A DNA stretch of 63,143 bases, filler included, from Dugesia japonica (Eukaryota): assembly GCA_001938525.1 (NCBI GenBank). It is 6 parts of 6 records of this genome, joined end to end, with 100 filler letters (N's around TTAATTAATTAA, not from the genome) between each part and the next. Parts side by side here need not be neighbours in the genome. Positions count along the whole stretch, not along the records: positions 28,308 to 41,275 come from MQRL01483210.1; positions 41,376 to 50,483 come from MQRL01580565.1; 4 more parts are not named here. One strand, given 5' to 3'. The translations under genes and the position numbers were made by a program. The notes beneath the pieces were generated by a model. It saw only the letters and a program-made list of their open reading frames with translations, made no database searches and was not told the DNA's origin. Positions 35,209 through 47,995 of this stretch are shown here, one piece after another. Every line of letters starts with the position of its first letter. The first letter of the stretch is position 1.

Positions 35209-38200
35209 TTTGGCATCAATATTAAATTAAATGGACAAAAAGTTAATTCACTTCTAGATACAAGATCAACTTTATCCGTAATAAATAATAGCTTATAACA
35301 GCTTATCCAAAGAACAACGAAAAGGGATTCTTATCAACGATCAAACGGCTGTAGAGCAGTAGACGGAGTATCAGTCAATAAAATCGGAAAGTTACCCTAT
35401 GAAGTATTTTACAGGAGAAAAACAGTATTACACAATATGACAGTAATGGATGTAACTGAAACATATTTTGGGAACAGATATACTACCGCAACTATTAACG
35501 AACGGAATAATCAAATTATCAACGTTACAAGTCAAAGGTAAACGGAAAGGCCGATACTCAAAAAGCTATGAGGTGTTTAATTCCGATAGAATGATCATAC
35601 CGAGAAAAAGCCAAGTGTGCTATCTCGCAGACACAAAGACTCCACAGAGAGGAACAATGTTATTTGAATCATATGATGGGTTCTCACAGAAATATAAATT
35701 ACCAGCAGCAGGAGAACTTGTAACAGTAAAAGATGGCGGGAAAGTACCAGTCAATGTAGTAAATTTCTCAAGTAAAGATATTAGAATCCACCCAAATTCG
35801 AGACTAGAAACATTGACACCCATATTAAACTTCGTCCAGCAAGAAGAAAAGAAAACTACAGAAAGCGACTTGAAATCAAAGAGCACGGTAGAATTCCCTG
35901 CCATGGAAGATGATTTTAAAAGTTATATACCAGACAGTAACCCAACAGAAGTAGACAGATTATTCCAAGTCAATTCTGAAATCATATCAGCGGAACAAAA
36001 GAAACAGCTACTAAATCTTTTGGAAGAGTATAGAGATATATTTGCATGGACGGACGATGAATTAGGAGAATGTGGTGTCACAATGCATACGATTCCGATA
36101 ATCGATGAAGACCCAGTAAAATTAAAACCATATAGAATTGCACAATCTCAGAAAAAAATTTTTGATGCAGAAATTAAGAAAATGCTAGAAGCAAAAGTAA
36201 TTGAACCTAGCTGCTCACCTTGGCTATTCCCAGTAGTGTTGGTTAAAAAGAAAGATGGAGCAACAGGTTTCTGTATCGATTACAGACAGTTGAATGCAAA
36301 AACAAGAAAGGAAACATATCCTTTCCCTGAAATAAACGAATCATTACAGTTGTTGTACAGAGCAATAATATTCACAACACTCAATTTAAAAAGAGGATAT
36401 TGGCAACTAAAAATCAGTATTTACAGCAGGACAAGATTTATATCAATTTATTCGAATTCCATTCGGTTTAACTAACGCACCAGCATCATTTCAGAGGTAC
36501 ATGAATTTTGTCACACATGACATAGCACATTGTATGGTAAATACAAAGGATCTATTAATATTCTCAAGAGGATTTTCGAACAGTCTTTGTTAGACTTCAA
36601 CACTGGATTTTATAAGTTAAACCTACTAAGTGCGATTGGGCTAAAAACAAAGTCACGTTTTTAATACGTCAAATATCAAATAAGAGTAGATAACCAGACC
36701 TGAGGAATACAGAAAAGATAAAAGAATTTCCAGTGCCTAAATGTGTCAGAGAAATACTGGAATTTCTTGGATTAAGCAGATATTACAAGAAATTTATTAA
36801 AGGTTAAGCAACAATTTCAAAACCCATGCAAGATCTTGTAAAACAAGATACCACTTTTATATGGACAGAAGAACAACAAAAATCATTCGAATCTCTCATA
36901 GATCAATTACTAAAAGCACCAATTTTGGTTCATCCAAATTTCGAAAAACCATTCTTACTTGCAATTGATGCAAGCGGATACGCAGCAGGAACTGTATTAG
37001 GCCAATATGATGATCAAGGTCGAGAACACGTTGTAGCTTATTTTAGCAAAACATTTCAAGGAGCTTAGAAAAATTACAGTACAACAGAATAAGAAGCTCT
37101 CGCAATAGTAAAAGCAATTAAACATTTTAGACATCTATTCCTTGGACACGAAGTCATTATATTATCAGATCATCAACCACTAACTATGATTGGCCAGAAA
37201 CCATTACGAACTCTCAGACTTGCTAAATGGGCAATTAGTTTACAAGAATACATGCCGAAAATAAAATTCAGGATCGGCAAAGCCAATTCTAATGCAGATT
37301 GTTTATCGCGAGCAATATTTCCTGAACTTGTAAACAAACAAACGGAAGATATCTGTTTCTTATTATCAGAAGACATTGACTTTGAACAATTCAAGGAGAA
37401 ACAGAAGGAAGATTCAGAAGCCAAAATTATCCAGAAATATCTAATGGCAAAGCAAAATGATGCATTAAAATGTAACCCAGAAATGAGAAAACACTTACTG
37501 AAAAATGGATGTCGTTATACAATGAAAAAGGGATGGTTAATGACACAGAATGGAGAAAAAAGGCAACATTTATACCAAAATCGCACATAGAACGAATTTT
37601 ACAACAATGCCATAATGAAGTCCTTGGAGTACATATGTCAGCAAGAAAAACAGAAGCAAAATTAAGACACAAATACTATTGGCCAAGAATCGCTCAAGAT
37701 GTAAAAGATTGAATAGCACATTGTCAGATATGCGCTTCCAGAAGAGGAACAGGAGCTTCAGAAAAGGCACCTTTAAAACCAAAGCCAATACAAACTAAAC
37801 CGATGGAGATAATGGAGATGGACGTATGGCAGAGAATGTAATTTACCAATCGATTTGAAACACCAGTTTCCGATATTGTAATATATGGAACAAGAAAAGT
37901 ATGTCATTCGAATGAAATAGAAAATCCAAGAGATCTGGAATAAAGCAAGACTAAAATTCAAATATTATCAAGAAAGTGTCAAAGATTATCATGCCAAGAA
38001 AGCAAAACCCCATACGTTCAAGAAATGAGATAGAGTATTAATTAATACTCCGGAAATAGAAATCGGAACGATAGCAAAGTTAAAAAGGTTAGGCAAAGGA
38101 ATTTACAAAGTATTAGTGGTCACAGAAACCAATGTAAAAGTCAGATTAATTGGTAAAATACTCCAGAAACAACTATAGATTCATGTAAATCGATGAAATA
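35209..38200 (+). pseudogene. pol: pol: protease copy 2, dUTPase-like linker, RT, RNase H, internally deleted integrase
   Basis: LLDTRSTLSVI...ILGTDIL; PYRIAQ..SPWLFPVVLVKKKDGATGFCIDYRQLN; LAIDASGYAAGTVLGQ; HNEVLGVH..YYWPRI..CQIC. Confidence 0.92.
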
Positions 38201-39381
38201 AGGCAGCGTTACAAATAAAAAAGCATCATGGAAATACATAAAATAGAAGTACAAGAACTGGAAGGAACTGAACTAACTCAAGAGGCATCGAGTGACTCTG
38301 AAGATGGACAAAAATTGCCATATAAAGGATTAAAATGTCGACGAAAACCACTACCAATTACTATGAAATACGATAAAAAAATGTTTAAGAACTGTCTAGA
38401 AGGCACGACCGAAATCATACAATGATCTCTTAGTGTAAAAGGTGAGCTTGGAACACCCATTGCCACCAAAGAGAACCTCTAAGAAAACAAAGAACAAGAA
38501 AATCAAAGATCAAGAGACTCAACATGTGGCATCAAATGTAAAAGAAACGAAGATAATACGAACCGAAATTCGTAAATATAACGAAAAACATGCATTTGAA
38601 AAGCAAGACAAAAAGTGGGATCAACATAAAAAAGACTTAGAACTATTAGCTAATTATCCCGAAATCACACAAGAAAACGGTGCTTGTACAATATGTGATA
38701 ATAAATTTCTCGAAAATGTCCGAATATGACACGAATGTTGGATAACACTTTGTCATCACTGTATAGAAGAACCAATGAAACATTTAAAACGAGAATCTAG
38801 TCGTGCCTCAAAGTATTGGGCATCAACATATAGATGTTTTCTTACTAGAGTAGCAGGTGGATCAGCTTTGCCTCCGCAAACACGAGAGTTACTTAAAAAT
38901 TTCAGAAACAACAGATAACCAATTTCCAATGAATGGAAAAGAAAAAAATTGCCGCGGACGGTAAGAGTTTCAAAGTAGACCTAGGAGATTTAGTGGCAGT
39001 AATTAGCAGGAAAATTGTCAAATATGGAAAACTAAAATCCAGTTGAGCACAACAAGTACAAAAGATAGCGTATGCAAAGTGGGCAGAAAAGNAAGCACAA
39101 AGGATAGCGTATGCAAAGTTGGCAGAAAAGTAAAACAAGCAAAAGACAAGGAAAAACAAAAAAAGCAAATTCAAGATAAGAAAAATGAAATTCTGGACAC
39201 CCCACAATATTTAAACAAGGATTAAGTGGTAATAAAACAGCCAAGAAATAGAGAAACAACGGAAAATGTCTGCTCAGAAGGCATTTACTAATTAGATGGT
39301 CGGCCACAAAAGGAAAGACAAGAAGAGTCAAAACACAGATCAACAATAGTCAGTTTATTTGGCTCATACGCATCGGGAACA

Positions 39382-40830
39382 ATGGTAATCTTAATAATGT
39401 CTATACTAATCTTGCCAATAGCACAAGCAAAAGAACGCAAATTTACACCATGTAATTGCAAACAAACTATAAACGACAGCATCATAGACGATCTATGGAT
39501 AAGATTGTTGCTAGCCGGTATTGTCATATTTTATTGCGGACAACGATTATTAACTCTATTCATACCAATATTATCAGGCAAATGTACCAGTCAAAGTTGT
39601 GAGATAACAGAACATGTACATACAGAGCATTGTCTACTCATAGAGTCAGATGAAAGGATTATGGAGAATATTAGTTGAGATGCATTGTCAAGGGAAGAAA
39701 CAGCGACCAGAGAATTGTCCCTTAATAAAACCACAGAATTAAAATCAGCACTATCAACTGGAAAGTTCCAGTTCCAACAAAGAAAGACTAAATATAAAAT
39801 CACAAACTTCAGAGTCAATACAAATCGTAATAACCCAATAAGACGAATATAATTGGGATAACCACCAATTGTTTACTAGAGTGGCAAATACAACGAGTCC
39901 ACTGATGAGTTTGAAACCAGTATAATGACACTGAAGCGGAATATCCTAATAATGTATACTACCACAACCAAGCAGACATTTAGAATTTGAACATCCAATG
40001 GATGTTTAACGGCGGAAACAGTGATGGTCAAACAACAAATAAAATTTAATTGCAACAAAATATATGTGATGGTCATGAGTTTTTCAGGGCAAAAAATAAG
40101 CGTCGAACGATAACAAATGCAAGATACCAAACCACATATTATGGAACTAAAAAAGCAATCCATAACAATGAAAACGAAAATAAACACATTTATAAGACAT
40201 TCAAGCAAAATTGCGAAAATACAATGGACCAGTCTAGATGCACAAAATATGATAGTCGAACAAATCAACATTCTTAAACAATGGTTAAATCCAACGAACA
40301 GATTGGTAGTGGAACGCTCAGGATTTGAGAGAGGTAGTTTTAATAGAGAATTCGTATTATATAACAATATATTATTCGTACAGCGTGTTATGATGAAGAA
40401 CAGACGAATACTAACCCAACAAATAAAGTATAAAAAGATCTCATTCATAGACAAGATACCAACAACGAAAAAACTAATTACATAAAAAATAACAACAGCA
40501 AAAGAAGCAGAAACAAAACAACCGGAACCACAAATAGAAGGAAGTAATGCGGTAACGCCAGAACAAAAAGCGTTTCTAGAACAAATAATAAGAAAGATAC
40601 ATAAACCAAACGCTACTACAGTTGCATTAATTTACAATTTATTGACATTGCTAAGCTTATTTTTATTAATCCCTATTAAAAATAAGCTCAGCAATGCCAA
40701 TAGATACACCAAAGGCAAAGAACTGGAAGACGAATGTTTTTTAACAGCAACAGCATCAATAGTTTTCTGCATAATCTGTATAATAGCAACAATACTAGTA
40801 GTCAAGCGACTCAGAAGGCAGTACAAAGGA
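39382..40830 (+). pseudogene. Second predicted membrane glycoprotein (env-like) downstream of integrase
   Basis: Signal peptide MVILIMSILILPIAQA, N-terminal CxC (FTPCNCKQ), scattered Cys, and C-terminal TM IVFCIICIIATILVV followed by KRLRR. Fragmented by stops and frameshifts. Confidence 0.5.
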
Positions 40831-43800
40831 CTAAGACTCCCTGTTGCAATGCGAAACCTAATAATAATTATCAACTACGCTTCAATAGGGCAGGAATCAG
40901 GTGATCAACCAACATTGGCGGACCACCGAATACACTTTCGCATGAATAAACTTCTATTGTACAGATGCAAAAAAAGAATATAAAATTTTAAAAATATAAA
41001 AGATTAGAAAAATTATCAGTATTAAATGCAGAAATATGATTGTATATGTCACTATATCAAAAAAGAAAATTCTAAATTGGAAAGTTAAAATCAAAGTATT
41101 GTCAGAAAAAGGAGTAAAATCAAACTCTGAATACGAAAAGTTTGGTTAATTAATTTAAATTAATTGGTTTATTAAAGTTAATTGGTTAATTTTAATTCTT
41201 ATTTTAAATATAAAATAAGAATTAAAATTAACCAATTAAAATTTAATAAAAATAAATTATTTCAAAAATTATTACNNNNNNNNNNNNNNNNNNNNNNNNN
41301 NNNNNNNNNNNNNNNNNNNTTAATTAATTAANNNNNNNNNNNNNNNNNNNNNNNNNNNNNNNNNNNNNNNNNNNNCAGTATAGATATACACATAACAAAG
41401 AACACGGGTCATATATTATATTATTTATATCGATTTGTGTATCCATTAATGAAATCAGTACATTTTTGTATGAAGTAGTTGTGTTTTAGTAAATTTAATA
41501 GGATATGAAGTATGAATATTTTCTAATGAAATTAAATTGGTATAATACGTATTGAGATTAAAATGCTTCATAATAAAATTATTGTATACTCATTCAAATA
41601 ATACATTTTTTTTATGTTTTAGTATAATTATTAAACTTTTTTTGTATAAAGCGTGTAAGACCTGTTGTGCCATCATGAAATAGATCTATTTTTGTATACA
41701 ATGTGGTTATATTTGTATGAAAGTTTGAATGTTTTATTAAAATCGATAAATTCATGTATATGCATTTTTATTGCATTTATTCATGAGGTGGCTTAAAGTT
41801 ATCATTAACAATGGCGATTACTTTTAACAATTTGTGTCACTTTTTAAAATAGATTTTGAAGTTAGCTGAAAAATTTTCATTTTTTATTTGTACACCTAAT
41901 ATTTTTCTAAAGAAAAGTAAATATCATTTTACATTAATAACATTTACATTTTGTTAAGCATATCAAAGAAAATTAAAAATTTTTTGTATCAATTTGTTCT
42001 TTGTGAAAAATTAGAAATTTCATTTAAAAATATTTTTAACATTGCAACATTAGAAAAAGCAACTTATGAATCAATCTAACCTTCATTTTATTGAGTAATA
42101 TCGAATAACACGTAATATAATTTTACTACAAGTACACTTAATGACGAATTTATTCCAAATTGTGAAAATTTCACTAGAAAGTTTTGCTATAAAACATAAA
42201 ATTTAATATTCTAAATATAAATAGACATTGATTAATTCGCTACTTTAATTCCAGTTTCATACGTAAAGATGCGATGCGTTTCTTGTATAAAATAATAAAA
42301 CAGAAATTTTTATCAATTTTTTTCAATCAAGAGTAAATTTATTTCTACAATATTTTTCTTACGATTTATATTTTAATTAAAAAATTGATTTGCAAAGTTT
42401 ATATTTGTAAATTAAATAACTTAATTATTACTAATTCAGACACAAATATGTTATTAACGTTGAATAGATTAGATTATTGAATTTTATATTTCAATTTGAT
42501 CAATAACGATAATTCTTGAGGGAATTCATACATTCATTTTTAAATATTATCAAATAATGATACAAACTAATTTCAGTGAAATTTTATTTATTTAATAAAA
42601 TCGATATTTTATAGCACATTTTAATGAAACTACGAGAATTTATTTTTTTCAAATTTATCGGTAAAAATTAATGTTAAATTTATTCGTGTATTGATATTTA
42701 CCGAATATTTTTAATATTATGAGACAGGAACTTTGGCAATATCAAAAATATAATAAGAATAAGAATATTAATTATAATAATAACAATACTAATAATAATA
42801 ATGATAATGTTGGAGTATGGGTAGTTATTTTAATAAACTGTATTCTGTTGATTGATAGACTGTCCTTGTGCATCTAGTCATGCCCGCTCACAATTTACCC
42901 GGACCTTATAAGACCAACTTCCGGTAACGTAAGTAACTTCTCATGGAAGTGCCGTTTTAAGTTCATTTGGTTTACTTTCATTTGATTTGGAGCTGTAGAA
43001 GCCCTACACTGATCAGTGTCACCAACCTTACGCCCACAAAGTAAAAAGAAATTTATAACATCATGAAATATTTTTTGAAGAAGCACTTTATTATATCTGG
43101 ATTATTCTGCATTACATCGTGCCCATTGAGGGAAAAGAAAATTGTTGCTAAATGAATCTTGATGGGATTGAATAACTTTTATAATCAGGTTCGATTGGGA
43201 TGCGCTTGTCGGTCATCACAGTGACATTAGAGCGATTGTTCAATGAATCATTCAGAGTAACTACTGATTATAATTGAGATCGTTTAACATCTTGTATCTG
43301 TAATCCTTATAAACGTTTCATAGATTGTGTTTACCGCATCTTAAGAGTAACCCTAGACATAAACCAATGAAAACTGCCTACAGATATTTAATGGAAAACA
43401 ATCTGCAGCCCTTGCTAAAAATAATGCGAGCATTCGTAGGAAACCATCTGCAACACTCATTTCAAATAAAATAAAATGCACATTCAATTAGAATAGGCTT
43501 CGAACAGATGTAGAAATATTTCATTGGAAACGAATCTTTATTTTGCCATTTATTTAGAACTGACATAGCAGCAATCTTCAAGTGATGATGGCCAATAAAT
43601 TTGATGTTCAATATGAATAAATATCGAGCCTAATCATTCTATGGAAACAAATATTTATTTGAAATTTATTTCAAATCCGATAGAGAATCAAGAGGGTTTA
43701 AGTTTGCAAATCAGTAAAATAAATCTTACCAAAATCAAAATTTTCGACAAGATGGCGAATTTTCTTGTTCAAAAATAATTTCTTATAAAATAATGAATTA

Positions 43801-44242
43801 TTTCTCAATATGCAGAATTAAATATTTCAGCATTGATTGCAGATAGCGTGCGGTTCACATTTTTTATTAGTAATACATTTTCAATTATGGTTTTACATTC
43901 TACCAAATTTTTAAATTGGTTTAATTAAATTCAAAAATTAATTTCGTTTGTTATAATTTAATTTATCGTTAATTGTTTTATTATTCCATAAATTCAATCA
44001 TTAAATGCATAATTTATTATAAATTTCGATTATTGTTGGAATTAATTGTGAACCGTTTATATTGATTAACAAAAAGAAATTGATTCATTTGAAATATTTT
44101 TATTTCTCCACAATTGATTTTCTTTATATATTGGTTGTGACTTCTGCTTGTTTGTTTTCGATTGGTAATCATAAATAATCTTTGTAATTTTTTAAGTAGT
44201 TTCGCTACCTTTTCAACATTCATACATTTCAATTATTATCCC

Positions 44243-44296
<54 letters not shown>

Positions 44297-46172
44297 TGAT
44301 ATTCTAATACTTGATTTGTAATTAAAACAAAGATATTTATCCAATGGTAATAATTATAATTATTGCAAGGAAGATTAATAAATTAAATAATAACTTATGT
44401 ATTTACATTGCAATAAACATTAAACTAAATTCCTTGTAGTATTACTGCGTATGGTTGAATGTTAATAAAATTCTGTTAGAAGTCATTTTAAAACAATTTC
44501 AAAAACTACTTTGGTGAACGCAAAACTTCCAAAAATGATCATTGAAATCAGTTTCAAAAATATATAAAATAATAAAATAAAACTGTGCCGCGATACGCAA
44601 AGTTTGAGAAGTATTACAATATATCTGTTTTCATAATCTTCATGACAAAAATTTCATATATGAGTAGTGGGATAGTGGCACACTGGAACAATTGCGCACT
44701 GGCACAATTTGGAGTGGACACCCTCCCCGTGGGGGAGGCTCGGTAGCGCATTACAATTGTGCTATTATTTCTGTTCTAATATTTTTTGGTTAGTTTTTTT
44801 TCTAAGATTTTAGGGATCAAAAATTTTTTGATCGGATAAAATTTTTTTTGATCGGATCATATTTTTTGATCCTGTGTGTATTTTAAAATTTGTGTGTGTT
44901 AGGGTTGTTAAGGTGTTTTTTTAAAAGTAGGTCAAATTGAATTTGTGTGTGTGGTTTTATGTGTGTGTGAAAGAGTGAATTTGGACTCGAGTGTGAGCTG
45001 GAGATCTTGGAAATAATTTTTTTGTAGTTTTTAAGATTTGTTTGTTGTTGGACAAAAATTTGGTCTATATATTGTCTAAAGGACTTATGAGATTGGCTGG
45101 ATGGTTTTCGCTAGAAGTGTGGTGGCTCACTGGCACAGTCGTATGAGTTATCGTGGGGTCTTTTTGTTCGAGGCTGTAGGTTTGTATGTGGTTAATGGAT
45201 TTTGTTGGTTGATGTGTTGTTTGAGAATTTATGTAATCGAAAAGATTTTGTATGTCGAATGTGCTTTGATGTTTTATTTTAAGGGCTTGGATTTGATTGA
45301 TTAATTTTTGTAAGTAGTATACGTTTGTTAAAAAAATTTCGGGCGAGGGAGAGTAGTATGTCTGGTAAGACAATTAATTATCAAATTTTTTGATAATTAT
45401 TTGAATTTTTTCTGTTGTGCGGATATGACGTCATAATCTTTTGAAAACTTTATTTTGGTTAAAAATGCTGTATTTTGCTTAAAATGATGAATTAGGTGAA
45501 AGTAATGGTATTTTTGTAAAAATGATATATTTTTGAGTATTTTTGAATAAAAAATATCATTAGTGATGCAATTTTTAATAAAAGCATATTAGTCATGCAA
45601 TTTTCTTAGATCAAAATGAAAAAACATAGAAATTTTCCCATAAAAATCATAGTTTCATGGAACCTTTTCATATATAACTAATAAGTCTATATAAAAAACT
45701 TATAAGAAAATATTTTTATGAGTGTATAGGGTTTATGATTATATTATTTGCATAGTTACCTTGTATTATATGGTTTATGAGTATATTATTTGCATAGTTA
45801 CCATGTATTATTTACTTAGCAACTGTGTAATANATTNCTTATCAGAGTAATATTTATATAGTNACCCTATATTTCAGGGTTTCTGAATATATTAACCGCG
45901 TAATAAGAGATCACCAAGCAAAATGCATGCACGCGTCATGCACAATGCATGCTTTCATCATGTTCACGAATAGTTTAGATAAAAAATCATATCATTTAAA
46001 ACAAATTACATCCAATCATATAAATTGAAATGAATAATAACCATTCATTTCCTTTAAAACATGTAACGACCAATAAAAACTAACAAATAACGAGTATGTA
46101 TGTATCGCAGCAAGTATATAAATAGGTTTCGTAAATTAAGTTACTTTTACAGTTCGAAATTACTATTATAAA

Positions 46173-46505
46173 ATGAACCAAATCGAAAGAGGAATTAAAC
46201 AAATGATAGATGCAAATACCAGTGGATCCGTTGAAGAAATTAATCAAGTGGAAAGACAAATCAAAAAATTGGCAGATGAAATTACCAGTGGATTCGTTGA
46301 CGAAATTCAATTTATAAGCAGGATTAAAAATGGATGGTTTAAAGATGAATATATATATTCAGTTTACAATGAGTATTTTGAACTCATTGTGCGATCAATA
46401 TTCATGGACAAAATTAAGGAAAAATTAAAGATTCAAAAGAATAAATTTATTGCTGTATTTTTATTGAAATCCATTGTGATATTTTATTTGTTTGGTCGGA
46501 ATTAA
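46173..46505 (+). CDS. Small accessory ORF with internal repeat inside the Polinton arm
   Basis: 110 aa. MNQIERGIKQMIDANTSGSVEEI and NQVERQIKKLADEITSGFVDEI form a tandem repeat. Confidence 0.45.
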   Translation: MNQIERGIKQMIDANTSGSVEEINQVERQIKKLADEITSGFVDEIQFISRIKNGWFKDEYIYSVYNEYFELIVRSIFMDKIKEKLKIQKNKFIAVFLLKSIVIFYLFGRN

Positions 46506-46729
46506 TGTAATTATTATTTTGTTGTTTAAAAAATAGATTTGAATAATAATTTTGTTTCTTACATTATTTATTTAAAAAACTTCTAAGTAAATAATTTTTT
46601 AATTACTGTTGGCTTATGAGTGTATTATTTACATAGTAACCGTGTATTATAGGTTTTATTTAAATAATAACCTTGTAATATGAGGAAGTAATGTAAATAC
46701 ATGCTCGCGATAATCAGTGTTTTTCGACA

Positions 46730-47632
46730 AGGAAATGGAAACAGCATCTAGATTTTAAAATTTTGAACTCGAGCTTTTATAACTACCACTGTATTGTTCA
46801 CCACTTTGAAATGTAACTAGAATAAAGCTAGGTAATCAACGATCACTAAAGATTTGTTCCTTATAAAACGATNNNCTATCTTTACTAATTGCAAATGCAA
46901 CGACTTCCTTGGTTCTTATTGGATAAACATCATTTTGCTTTTTTAGACCAATTTTATGAGCAATTATTACTGAGTGTTCAACTCGTACACGTTTAACTAA
47001 TTATTTTGCATCTAATAATACATATTTAGGTTGATTGGCTGCAGATTCAAAACAAATATCAGCATCTCCTCGTTTCAATCGAATATAAATATTGACACTA
47101 GGAATAAGGTATTTCGGTTGATTCATGAAATCGAGTGGTAATGAACCGCATAGAGCCAATTGTTTTCATATTTCAATAGACGTTTTTCTATCAGCTTCTG
47201 ATCCATATCTCATTGCTGTAAGACATATATTCTTACTATCACGATTATAATTAATTATAGTTTCAATCAATGCTTTGTGAAGTTAAGATCCATTTCCATC
47301 TTCAATTTTGAAATTATTAAACGAAAGTATTACATCCTTTAAAGGTGTATGCAACATATAGTTACTAGGTACCGAATCATCCTTATCAGTTCAATCTTTA
47401 TCATCCTTATCCACTACCTTTACTTTAATATACAATAAAGTATCATTCAAATCCAAATATGTTTGAGATCCGTTTATAAAAAACTCTACATCGCTATGTG
47501 ATTAAGAAATTTAATTCATAGGAAAGACATCTTCAAAAGTACAACTTTCAATTACGGCTTGAGAAGATGGCCAATCAAAAATACATAATTCAGTTTTAAC
47601 ACAAATAAGTTTTCAAATATTGTTCCATGTCA
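46730..47632 (-). pseudogene. Polinton major capsid protein (double jelly roll), decayed and truncated
   Basis: CVKTELCIFDWPSSQAVIE, VEFFINGSQTYLDLNDTLLYIKVKV, VPSNYMLHT, LPLDFMNQPKYLIPSV match the Polinton MCP N-terminal half. Confidence 0.85.
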
Positions 47633-47799
47633 TCTCATTCGTTTGTTTATACGTGATGCATGCGATTTTTTGCGTTTTTTATTAGTTGGATCTGTTTTGG
47701 GTTGATTTTTTAGCATATTTGTTATTTCAGATGGTATTTTTTAAGTTATATGTTGTAATAATATACCAGCTTCTGTTAGAGTCATACGGTTAACTCCAC

Positions 47800-47995
47800 T
47801 AGGTAAAGAAGACACGACATTTCCAAATTCAGCTAATGCATTTGATTTCTATGTGTGTAGTATTTTTCTGTTATTAGCTAGTACATCCTGAGCTGTTTTC
47901 ATACCAAAAGAACCAATAAGTCTAAGAATTGGAAAGGCAAATCTCCCTATTGTTCGTAACCACCCAGATCCATACTGTTTTTGAAGAGGTTCATT
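47800..47995 (-). pseudogene. Polinton PZ-like small protein
   Basis: QYGSGWLRTIGRFAFPILRLIGSFGMKTAQDVL resembles the Q.G.G...F.R.A.PL motif of the ORF that precedes MCP in Polintons. Confidence 0.6.

Larger units (their letters stand above)
30939..41000 (+). mobile_element. Large decayed Ty3/gypsy-type element with Bcl-2-like domain, 5' chuvirus-like glycoprotein, twin proteases and 3' env-like ORF
   Basis: Continuous A-rich coding-like strand with PR, RT, RH and IN in gypsy order and extra domains on both sides. LTRs were not identified. Confidence 0.85.

Noticed and set aside
38727-38729. In-frame TGA at a Cys position read as selenocysteine, given SEPSECS in the window
   Set aside because: The element has many TAA, TAG and TGA decay stops and no SECIS was recognised. 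A point mutation is simpler.
42860-43560. Possible DNA-transposon remnant (KVGDTDQCRAS resembling a KIGDQDK.WAP motif)
   Set aside because: A single weak motif with no supporting frame or termini; not enough to call.
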